A stretch of DNA of 64,000 nucleotides, taken from Felis catus (taxonomy: Eukaryota). Made by a program: the position numbers and the translations under genes. Positions within the stretch are counted from its first letter, which is position 1; the number at the start of each line of letters is the position of its first letter. Location: contig NC_058369.1 of assembly GCF_018350175.1 (NCBI RefSeq), positions 12,588,001-12,652,000 on the forward strand, in the 5' to 3' direction. The notes beneath the pieces were generated by a model, which searched no databases, was not told where the DNA came from, and worked only from the letters and a program-made list of their open reading frames with translations. This document shows positions 38,002 through 48,498 of the stretch, one piece after another.

Positions 38002-38360
38002 AATCAGTTTTCCATGGTATTAAAATACGCACAAAAGTTAGCCATGGTACGTGTCCAGCTGAGGGGCTTTGGGCCACCAGCCCCACCACCCATCTCCAGG
38101 ACCCTTCGTCTTCCAAAATGGAACTCTGTCCCCATTAACCACTGGCTCCCCGTCCTCCTCCCCCAGCCCCTGGCACTCACCCTCCTACTTCCTGTCTCTA
38201 TGAATCTGACCACTTGAGGGACCTCCTATCAGTGGGATCACGCAGTATTTATGCTTTTGTGCCTGGCTTATCTCACTCGGCATGAGTGACAGTGTCCTCG
38301 AGGTCCACCCCCATGGTAGCGTAGCTTGGGTCAGATTTTCCTTCCTTTTTCAAGCTGCTA
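38002..38360 (-). mobile_element. L1MB-like 3' fragment
   Basis: aactctgtccccattaac..cccagcccctggcac..cttcctgtctctatgaatctgaccact..gtgggatcacgcagtattt. Confidence 0.8.
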
Positions 38361-40416
38361 TTATTCCGCCTTTTTAAAAATGTTTTTCCGCTGTCAGCGC
38401 TGAGCCCGCTTCAGATCCTCTGTCCCCCCGCTTTCTCTGCCCCTCCCCCCCTCGTGCACACTCTCAAAAATGAACATTGTTCAAAAATGTTTTTATGGAA
38501 AGGGACAGAGGATAGAGAAGATTCCAACAGTACAAAAGAGCACAAGGGGGGAGAGTCGGCACCCAAATCCTTCTCCCCAAAGGCAGCTGCCCCCAGCCCC
38601 GCCCCCCAACCCCACCCAGAAAGTGCCTCGCCGTGGTAGGTGGTCCCGCACCTTCTGTGTCGGGGGGTGGGGGGGTCTGCCCCCTTCTGCTGGCACCGGG
38701 TTTTTCCCGTGATGGGCCTCCCCGCCTCCGAGCTGCTGGGAATACCCCATAAGGCCACTCACTTCCTGCACATGTGTGCCTGCCTCCAATGTCCAGACAC
38801 AGTCAAACCTCCCCCCTTGGGGGCTCGGCCCTGCCCCAGAGTCGCCCAGCTGCCAGCCCCCAGCCTCCCCCCATACGGGCTCGCTGCTCTGCTCCTGCAG
38901 GGCCACTGGGGGTCCTCATCCGGGTTTCCCTGCGCCCTGAGAGTGACACGGGTCATGAGTTGCCAAGAGACGTAGGCATGGGGCTGAATTTGTCACTGGT
39001 ACCGGTGGGAAAAGCTTGGAAATGGAAGAGACTCCTGGCTGAGACCCTGTCCCAGGGGGAACTCTCCAGGCCTCGGTCCCCCGCCCCCCACCCCGGGCTG
39101 AGGGCAGGGACCTCGGGATCTCACCCTCAGCTGCACTGACTCTGTCCAGGACTGCTCAGTCACTTCCTGGTTGGTCCCTGCGACCTCAAGTGTGTGGCTA
39201 GATTAAGGCTCGCCACACCAGAACACGGCCACATCGCACTCCTTCTCCCAGTCCTAGTTTGTTTCGTCTCCCTTGACCCCCACCGCCCCTCAGGGTCCCC
39301 CTGCTCTCAGACCGCACCCCCCTGCCGCCACCGTGGCCCGACCCTGATCACACAGGTCAAGAACCCCCAGCGCAGAGCTCCCCAGGGCACGATGGTCAAG
39401 GCCTCTCCCTAGAGGAACATCTGGGGGGGGGGTTGTGTGAAGAGAGGACTACCCTCCCCTCTGAGCCCCTCTGAGTGCCTTCATCTGCACAGTGGGCCCC
39501 CATCTCAGTGCAGGGACGTGGAGGGGCCAGAGCGGGGTGGGGGTGGCTGGGGGGGCCCTGTCTCCTGGGCTGGCCCGGCCACCACTCTCGGGCTCAGATA
39601 TGGCCACGACCATCCTCAGGGGCCCCGGGCTGGAGGTGGAGCCAGGACGGGAGCAGAAGGGGCTTCGAGAGCCAGGGATGGGCACCTCCCAGAAGCAGGC
39701 ACCCCAGGGTAGCACGTGGTCAGCATCGTGGGTCCAGGCTGAGGACCAAGACCCCCTCAGACACCCTCAGCAGACCCCAGACTCACAAGAGTGCCTTCCC
39801 CTCTCCGCACCTCACTTGGTGCCCGCCCGCCCAGGGGACAGGGCAGGGGTGTGAGTGAGGCAGCAAGAAGCAGGGCAGCCCCCACCGAGGACCTGGGGTG
39901 CTTGGAGGAGAGGAGAATCACTCACCCGCTCCGACCTCGGACCTGGGGAGGCAGGGCTCTGGGCCAGCCAGCCACAGACAGGAGGTGAGGGGTGGGGGGG
40001 GCTTCGGGAAGGGCCAAGAGCCCTCAACTGGGGATGCGACCCAGAGGGCCGTCGTGGGAATGGCGGCTGCAGATGTGACTAGACGGCGGGAAGCGGCCAC
40101 TTGGCCCACGGAGGCTTCCTGGGCCTCCGTGCTGAGGGGGCAGGGACTGCCGCCTGGAGCCTCCTCCCCCGTCCCGCCGGCCCGGCGCCTGGACCCCATG
40201 AGGCACCTGTGCGTCACTGAGTGACCCCAGCCACCGGGACTCCCCGGGCCACACCGGGAGCCTGCCATGGGCTTGTGGGGGCAGGGGCTGGTTTATCTCA
40301 CCAGGCCCTGTCCACTCCTCCACTGGCACTCAGGAAGCTGGGGGTGGGGGTCCAGCCGGGCAGGAAGCCCGAGCTCAGCCGGCCGCAGCCCAGAGCAGCC
40401 GGTGTCGTCTCGGAGC

Positions 40417-40525
40417 ATGTGCCTACTTCTGCTGCTGTGGCCCCTGGTGCTGGGGTTCAGCCTGGAAGATGGCACTCAGGCCCACCTCACTTACGACGAG
40501 TTGGGGAGCACGGGGGGAGGTGATG
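40417..40525 (+). CDS. F2RL3: F2RL3 (PAR4) exon 1, signal peptide
   Basis: ATG MCLLLLLWPLVLGFSLEDGTQAHLTYDELGSTGGGD then G|gtgagt; 109 nt, phase 1. Confidence 0.92.
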
Positions 40526-40803
40526 GTGAGTGACCGTGGGCCCCGTCTTGGGACCGGGGGCAGGCCTAGAGTCGATGAGGGGGAAAGAGGTGGCGGGGGG
40601 GGGGGGGACAGGGGCCTCCAGCCCAGCCCTGGGCCCACACAGGGCCGGGGGCGTCTGTGTCCAGCTCTGACCCACCGAGCTGGGGGCTCCTGAGAGCCGG
40701 GGCCTGGACTCCGGCCCCCTCGGGAGCCGCACCACCGGCCAGGCGGTGGGGAGTGGGGGTGGCGGTTAGACTCTCAATGCCTCTCATCCCCTTCCCCCCG
40801 CAG

Positions 40804-41873
40804 CCGACACACCGGGGCCCCCGACCGGGCCCCGGGAGGGGAGCCCTCTCCCGCCCAAACTGCGCAGCTTCCCCGGCCGGCCCTGGGCCAACAGCAGCGA
40901 CGAGGTGGAAGTCTCGGACGGCTCTCGGGCGCTGCTGCTGGGCTGGGTGCCCACGAGGCTGGTGCCCGCGCTCTACGGGCTGACTCTGCTGGTCGGGCTC
41001 CCCGCCAACGGCCTGGCGCTGTGGGTGCTGGCCACACGGGTGCCGCGGCTGCCCTCCACCGTGCTGCTGATGAACCTGGCGGTCGCCGACCTCCTGCTGG
41101 CCTTCACGCTGCCCCTGCGCGTCACCTACCACCTGCGGGACCAGCACTGGCCCTTCGGCGAGGCCGCCTGCCGCCTGACCACGGCCGGGCTGTACGGCCA
41201 CATGTACGGCTCCGTGCTCCTGCTGGCCGCCATCAGCCTGGACCGCTACCTTGGCGTGGTGCACCCGCTCCGGGCCCTCACCCTGCGGGGCTGGCGCCTG
41301 GCCACCGGGCTCTGTGCCGTGGCCTGGCTGGCGGCCTTCGCCGTGGCGCTGCCCCTGGCGCTGCAGCGGCAGACCTTCCGCCTGCCGCACTCGGACCGCG
41401 TGCTGTGCCACGATGTGCTGCCCGTGGGCGCTCAGGCCTCCTACTGGCGGCCCGTCTTCATCTGCCTGGCCGTGCTCGGCTGCTTCCTGCCCGTGCTGGC
41501 CATGCTGCTGAGCTACGGGGCCACGCTGTGCACGCTGGCGGCCGGCGGCCGGCGCTACAGGCCCGCGCGGAGGCTGACGGCGCTGGTGCTGGCCTCGGCC
41601 GTGGCCTTCTTCGTGCCCAGCAACGCGCTGCTGCTGTTGCACTACTCGGACCCCGGCCCGGACGCCTGGGGGAACCTGTATGCCGCCTACGTGCCCAGCC
41701 TGGCGCTCAGCACCCTCAACAGCTGCGTGGACCCCTTCGTCTACTACTACGTGTCTGCCGAGTTCAGGGACAAGGTGCGGGAGGGGCTGCTCTGCTGGGT
41801 TCCAGGCGCCTCGACGGCCTCCAGGGAGGGGGGCACCCCGGGCACTGGCACCCGGTCCACCTCGCTCGTGTGA
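40804..41873 (+). CDS. F2RL3: F2RL3 exon 2: protease-activated receptor 4, 7TM GPCR (392 aa total)
   Basis: ccgcag|CC; R/SFPGRP tethered ligand, GLPANG, NLAVAD, SLDRY, CHD in ECL2, NSCVDPFVYYY; stop TGA 41871-41873. Confidence 0.97.
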
Positions 41874-41949
41874 TGGCCCCTTGGAAGGTGGGTCAGATGG
41901 GGGGGGGGGCGGCACGGGGTCGAACCGGGGCCCCTCCCGGTTCACAGGC

Positions 41950-42520
41950 ACCGGGAACCTCTGAAGGTGAGCTTGTTTGGAAATAGTCATCTGGTGGGCC
42001 TGGTGTCCTTGCAAGAAGGGGACGGGGTGGGGGGGTGCCTGGGTGGCTCGGTCGGCTGAGCGGCCGACTCGATTTTGGCTCAGGTCATGATCCCCGGGTC
42101 ACGGGATGGAGCCCTGCGTCAGGCTCTACACTGAGTGTGCAGCCTGCTCAAGATTCTTTCTCTCTCTCTCCCTCTGCCCTTCTCCCCCACTCGCACTTGC
42201 TCTCTCTCAAATAAATCAAAATAAAAAATGAAAATAAATAGAAGAGGGGAAAGATACACACAGGGAAGAAGGCCATACAACCACGAGGACAGACACTGGG
42301 GGGACGTAGCCACAGCCAAGGAGCCCCACGACCGACAGAGGCCACAGAGGCCGGGACAACAGCCTGAGTCACTCTCCCATGGAGCCCCCAAAAGAAGCCA
42401 ACCCTGGCCATGCCCGCATCTCAAACTTCTGGCTTCCGGAACCGTCAGAGAATAAAGTTCTACCGTTTTAAGTCACCTGTTTTGTGGTATTTGGCTACAG
42501 CAACCCCAGGAAATGAATAC
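41950..42520 (+). mobile_element. MLT1-type LTR in the F2RL3 3' region, interrupted by a sense CanSINE (~42032-42240)
   Basis: ggtgtccttgcaagaagggg..cacagggaagaaggcca..gccacagccaagga..cttctggcttccggaaccgtcagagaataaa..tttgtggtatttggctacagcaaccccaggaaatgaataca. Confidence 0.82.
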
Positions 42521-43199
42521 AGGGGTTTAATGAATATTCCCAGGCCCAGCCAGCCCCCCCCCCCACCTTGTCCAAGGTGGGACCGAGGAGGCAAGGCCAA
42601 TGCTGTCCTGCACCTGCTGCGGGACCCCCCCCCGCCCCCCCGCCAGGAGGCTGGTGGGCCATCCTCCTTCCTAAAAGCCCCGGGTCGAGCTCCGGCATGG
42701 TCTCCAGGGTTTGGGGGTGGGGTCTCCTGAATAATCACCGTGGAGGCCCCCATTCCACTCCTCAGGACCCATAGGACCCAAGTCTCCTACTGTCGCTGCC
42801 AGATGGCGCCCCTTCCCTTTACCCCAAGGTACCCCTTCTTGATGCCAATGTCCCCCACGACTCCAGGATCAGATGCGCAGGTGACTGGAAGGTGGATAGT
42901 GTGGGCCTGGGGGGGTGAGGGCTGTAGCCCTGTGACCCCCCCACCCCCAGCTGTTTGCCCCGGGCCTGAGCCGTTCTGAACAGACTTCGAGGAGGGCACC
43001 ACATGGGGAAGGGCGGCCATTGCCTCCCAGAGAGCACCACGGGGCACTGCGTCTGGGGGTAAGCAAGCTCCCCAAGGCAGAGGGAAGTGGGGGCCAAACC
43101 GGGGCTCCCCACCGGGGCCCATATGGTCTCTGGTCTGGGGAAGAATGAGCCAGAGGGCAGGCAGCCCCAGGACACATTCACGTGCACAGGAACCCAGGG

Positions 43200-43644
43200 A
43201 AGTGTAAGATCAGTGAAGCACATCCACGTCAATAAGCCTGGTTGATGACGCAGGAGTTTTCCAATTATGTTGCCGCTGAGGAAGGGTACCTGGGACCTCT
43301 CTACACTGGTAGAATGTCTTAGAAATGCACAGGAATCTACCATTAGGTTCGGGGGCAGGCGTCTGAAATGTTCCTCGCCCATCCTGCTCTGAAAGGCTGG
43401 GCCCGTCGACTAGGGAACTAGGGAGGTGGGGCTCCAGTCCTCAGTGCTGCCCCCCAGAGGCCAAAGCCTGTGACTCTGGAAATGAGCTTTTATTACACCA
43501 GCTGCCTCCACCGGGAAAGGGGCCCAGGGCCCAGGAACCGTCCCTTGTAGGCTGGGAGTGGGAGGAACGGGCAGGGGAAGTGGCCGGTGCTGCAAGACGG
43601 GGACCCACTGGCCAGGCAGCACCCTCAGGGTCTCTGTGCTGTCC
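43200..43644 (-). CDS. CPAMD8: Candidate CPAMD8 terminal exon region (acceptor and frame unresolved)
   Basis: Phase-2 acceptor candidates at 43644 (stop 43410) and 43589 (TAATAA overlapping AATAAA 43489-43494); minus-strand CCAGCCTTTCAG near 43389-43400 reads PAFQ, resembling the recalled human tail SPAFQS. Confidence 0.4.
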
Positions 43645-45456
43645 CTGGTGGGGGTCAGAGATGAGCAGCGTGGGCTGAAATAAATACCACCGCAAGGGGG
43701 TGGGGAGACAGTGCGCAGGAGGAAACAGAGACAAGGCATCCCCTGCGGGTTACAAAGAGGAATCTGATGACAGTTGGGAGGGTCCCCCAGGGAAGGCAGG
43801 TCTGGTCGTGGAGCTGGGAGAGGGCAGTCCCCACGATCAGGAGTCCGGGCGTGGGGGGAGTAGGCGGTGGTGAGGCCCCGAGATGAGAAGTCGACCTAGC
43901 CCTGGAGGCAGGAAGCTGAAGGTGCCTGGGTCAGAGCCATTGGCTTGCCCTCAGGGGCTGGCAGGCCGTCAAGACAGAACATTCAGGGACCCCTGGGGTG
44001 AGACAGGGGGTGTGTGTGGGGACTGTAACAGTTATGGGACCATTTGGGGTCTAGGTCCAGGGGCTCAGCGGCCCAGGTGCCCCAAAGCAGGCCACAGCTT
44101 TGCGATTTCGGAGAAAGGCGGACTGTTTCACTTCGAAGTTGGTGATGAGGAGATGGGTGTTTTTTGTGTCCCTGATTTGGGCTAAATGTCATCGTGTCTC
44201 CTCCAACACAGGCCTTTGGCCACAGGTCCTTCCGAGGAGCGTCTCCTCTGGGGGAGCGTGAGCTGCTCTGGCCTGAGGAGGGGTGCAGCTGAGGAGGTGG
44301 GGGGATCGAGGCCGACCCTCCGGTTGAGGGAGGGCTGGGGGGAGGCCCGTCATCCATGGAGGCAGGTCTCTGTGTTCTGCTTATCAGGTTCATTCGGAGG
44401 CTGGGGTCACCTGGGGTGGGGTCCGCCAGCCCACCAGAGAGTCACGGGAGCTCTCCCATCAGTGGCCCCCTTCCAGCGACCGGACAGTGATAGCACGCAG
44501 CCAGATCAAGTCCTCCTGCTCAGAGCGTCAGGAAGAGAAGCCACTCTGACTGAAGAGAGGAAAAGAGAAAGACACCGTGGGCTGCCAGGTCCCCTTGGCG
44601 GAACCTGCCTCCACGTCACGGCTCAGCCTGGCCGCTTCTGCCCACTGGGGCAGGTGCATCGTCCCTAGAGAGGGGTTGGGGGGTCCCTGGTCTGGCCAGG
44701 CCCCTCAGGACCCTGTCCACCCCCACCGGGTCACGGTGATGGGACAGGTTGTTCACTCCCGCTACACGCAGCAACGTGGGCGGATGGCAAGGGAACTCTG
44801 CTGAGTGAGAAAAGCCAACCTCAACAGGATTCCATTTACACAGCATCCCCGAAACGACAGACTACAGACAGGGGCCAGGTGGGCGCCACTATGAAAGGGA
44901 AGCTGCTCTGTATCGACTATGGGGGTGATGACACAAACCTATGTGCGGGGAAATAGCACAGGCTCAATTGCCAAAGCGGTGACTTATGAACACAGGAGGT
45001 ATGGACGTCAGTCTCCTGGTATGACACTGTCTTCAGACTCATCTGCCGGATGTCACCGCAGGCGGGACTGGGTGAAGGGCACCTGAGAGGTCTCTGTGTT
45101 ATCTCTGACAACCGCGTGGGAAACTAGGATTACCTCAAATTTAGAAGTTTAATAACTACCTCCCTCCCCCACCCCCCACCCCCGCCCGAACCAAAGAAAA
45201 ACAAAAGCCAACCTCTGGGCGGGCACTGGAGACAGCCAGCAGATACAGGAGGGAGGGGTGGGCAATGCTTGGGAGAGTTTAAAGCCGGGCACAGGACAAC
45301 TACAACATGAGGGGCGGGTGAGGATCACACGTGGACAGAAATGGCTTCAAAGTTGCTACGTTTTTGGTGAAGCAGTCCGGAACTCTCACCAAGTAAACCG
45401 AAAAGTTTAAGGATGCATATTGTAATCCCCGGAGCTACGAGTAAAAAGTAATGCTA

Positions 45457-45915
45457 GGGGCGCCCGGGGGGCTCAATCGGTTAAGCGTCCGACTTCGGCT
45501 CAGGTCACGATCTCGCGGTTTGTGAGTTCGAGCCCCGCGTCGGGCTCTGTGCTGATGGCTCACAGCCTGGAGCCTGCTTGGGATTCTGTGTCTCCCTCTC
45601 TGCCCCTCCCCGCTCACGGCTCTGTCCTCTCTCTGTCTCTCAAAAATAAACATTAAAAAAACAAACTTAAGGATGTATTATAGTTCCCGAAGCTACGAGT
45701 AAAAAGTGATGCTGGGGTGCCTGGTTAAGCACCTCAGTCGGTTAAGCACCTGAACCTGGATTTCGGCTCAGGTCATGATCTCACGTTTGTGAGTTCGAGC
45801 TCTGCATCGGGCTCTGCACTGTGTCACCATGGAGACTTTCTCCCCCTCTCTCTGCCCCTACCCCACGTTCTCTCTCTCTCCCTCTCAAAAATAAACAAAA
45901 AAGATTTTAAAAAAA
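45457..45915 (+). mobile_element. Two CanSINEs (45457-45665, 45714-45915) within old L1-like sequence
   Basis: two tRNA-like heads, CT tracts and A tails separated by a duplicated flank. Confidence 0.9.
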
Positions 45916-46422
45916 AGAATGCTAAAGTAGGAAGAGCGGAATCCAAATGGAAGCCTCCAAAAATATTCAGTAAACCCAAAGGGAGGCATGTGGAGAACAG
46001 AACACGTATTGAAACAGCAGCCATAAAAGCCCAGCAGCCCTATCAACGACTGTATTAAATGCACTCGGACTAAGCCCCAGGGCCTGGTGTGGGATGACGC
46101 TCCCCACCCCCACCCCAGCCTCCCAGACTTTGGTGGGTGCCCAAGGACAAGCATTCCCACTGGGTTTGCTGAGTGGGAGTGGAAACCAGCCTGTGCCACT
46201 GATGTGTAGTGGAGAGACCCGGGGCTCAGGCAGACACAGCCTCAGGCCTGACGGTGCTCAGCAACCCCTGGGAGCTGGCACATAGCTGAGCCGATAAAAT
46301 CAACCTGTGGCTTACACCTCTGGAGCCTGCTGTTAACTTAGAACCAAAAGATTCGCCTCCTCCAGGAAGTCTGCCCAGCGCCCCTTCCCAGCCTCACCCA
46401 CTTCCTCCTCCCTTCCCTGGAG

Positions 46423-46903
46423 TGATGAAGATTCTCTGACCAAACTCTTTTTCAGCTGGGCCTCAACTTCTGGGCTTCTGTGTTCATCTCAGCGCTGTCC
46501 AATTGTGGCAAGAACCCTGCTACTTAGCTTAAGCTGGAATCCTCCCCCGCCCCCCCATATCTGATCACTCTCGGTATCTAGTGGGCCTCTTCCTCCCCAT
46601 CACCCCTGGGGCGCAGTCTGATACCCTGGCCTGCCTTTAGTGGAAATACTGTTAGGTGGGTCCCGCCAGAATCCCCCCTTCATCCCGATGTTTCCTGTTC
46701 GTAATTCTCCGTCCACTGCCCCCCATCCTGGTCCTTGGCTACAAATCCCCACTTTTTCTTGTAGAGCTGGGTCCGGTCTTCCTCTCCACTGCAAGACCCC
46801 ACTGCATGGTCCCGCTACCTATCTCGTATTCAAGTTCTCTCCCTTGAATAAAATCTTCCTTCCCATCTTTAACAAGCATCGTGAATAATTTCTTTCTTTA
46901 ACA
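46423..46903 (+). mobile_element. ERV1 solo LTR, MER31-like
   Basis: TG..CA termini; gcaagaaccctgcta, atatctgatcac, ccttggctacaaat, actgcaagacccca, gaataaa, aataatttctttctttaaca. Confidence 0.8.
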
Positions 46904-47152
46904 GAGAGTCCCAGTGGGCCTCATGGACAGGCCTGTCCTGGGGTCCAGTCCTTGGGAGGACTCAGCCTCACCAGGCTCATACAGGCTGTTCTCTGATGTG
47001 TGTCGGGTAGATTGTGGGGAGGGGGGTCAGGAGAGAACGGATCCCCCATTTCGTTCCTGGAAACCTGCAGGCGGACCCCTCGATGAGTCACTCTCCTTCC
47101 CGCTAGGTCCAGGGCAAGTGAGGGGAGGGAGTTGGGGGGGTCCAGCTCTCAC

Positions 47153-47276
47153 CTGTCCTCCGCCTCCCCCTCCAAGTCTATCACTTCATGGCCATGAGCA
47201 GCTGCCACACGCCCAGCATCCAAGGGGGCTGGGTCATAGTCGTAACTGTATGACACAGAGGCTGGTGTCAGCTGCT
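47153..47276 (-). CDS. CPAMD8: CPAMD8 penultimate exon (about 41)
   Basis: ctttcag|AG..AG|gtgaga; EQLTPASVSYSYDYDPAPLDAGRVAAAHGHEVIDLEGEAEDR, ends in EGEAEDR as recalled for human; 124 nt; phases fit; not in ORF track. Confidence 0.85.
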
Positions 47277-47877
47277 CTGAAAGGAAGGGGCACTCAGTCA
47301 GTAGGAAGGCACTGGAGGGGGGGGGGTCTGGATGACAGCCCAGAGGGACCTTGCAGAAGAGAGATATGGGCCAGAAGGTGGGAGGTCACAAGGGTGGGGG
47401 AAGAGGACACAGAGATCACAGATGGGTAGATGCAGAAAGGCACAAGCTTCTCGTGGGAGTGAGGAGAGACTCAGCAAGATTGAGGAGACCCAGAAACCCA
47501 GATACACGGAACCAGAGGCGGGGGGCGGGAAGGACACAACGCCTGAGGAACAGAGGGTGATGGTCTCGAGTCCAAAGACAGAGAGACAGAGACTGGAGGA
47601 GAGATGCAGGGACCACCGTTGTGGGGAAAGCTTTGGGGATCAGGGACAGAGAATCCAGGACTGTGAGATTCAGGAAGGAGCGGTGGGAGGAAGGGAAGAA
47701 GAAAGGAAGGAAGAGGAGAGAGTGATGCTAGAAGGGGGTGGGGGGAGTGGGGAGGTGGTGATGGGGAGGAGGAGGTGATGGAGAGGAGAGAGAGGTAATG
47801 AAAAAGATAGGGTGATGCACTATTTATATGCAGGGAGAGGTGGGGTCCCAGAGGCTGGATCCAGAGTGGGTCCTCAC

Positions 47878-48087
47878 CGAGGACACAGTGGCCAGGGGGC
47901 GCGGGCTCCAATCTCGCGCGGCTTAAGCAGGCGGCCTCCTGCAGGTGGCAGGCGCTGGTGTAGACGATGCCATCAGAGCCGCAGACAGGGTCCCCGCGGG
48001 CGGTACAGTCGCGGGGGCAGCCACAGCGCGTAATCTTCGCCCCCTCCTCTGGGGCGGCAGCAGGACCCCGCTCGCCTAGGGACCAGC
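47878..48087 (-). CDS. CPAMD8: CPAMD8 Kazal-domain exon (about 40)
   Basis: ccccag|GC..CTCG|gtgagg; [47 protein letters not shown] (Kazal PVCGSDG motif); 210 nt. Confidence 0.95.
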
Positions 48088-48498
48088 CTGGGGGCGAAGC
48101 GAAGTCGGCAGGGACTGGGGGACCCCAATCCCCACCTGGTCTGCGCTTCCCACCGGGCCTGGAGTGAGGGAAAAGTCCCCGGGGGCAGGGACTACTTTCC
48201 ACCGGGTGGGGCCTGGGGCCCGATAGTTACTGGGAGTCCCTGAGCCCTGACTTGGTAGAATTTCATTCAAGTGTTTGCTTACTACTTATGAAAACAAAAT
48301 TTTATCAACGAAAGCAATCTAAACCCATTTCAAGATGTTTGAAAAATAAAGAAAAAGGCCCTGAAGGACCCCTCCCAGCCCCGCCCAACACTTTGCTGCG
48401 GCCGCTCTCTGAGTTCATGGCCAGGGCCCTGCAGTCGCTACGCCTCTATTTTGTGGAGGAAGAGAGGTACGGTTCTGCTTTGGGCGCCCTCCCTCCCG

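Noticed and set aside
40566..42014. 482-aa minus-strand ORF and 321-aa alternate-frame ORF (41021-41986) over F2RL3
   Set aside because: Expected shadow ORFs of a GC3-rich exon; low-complexity products with no recognisable domain.
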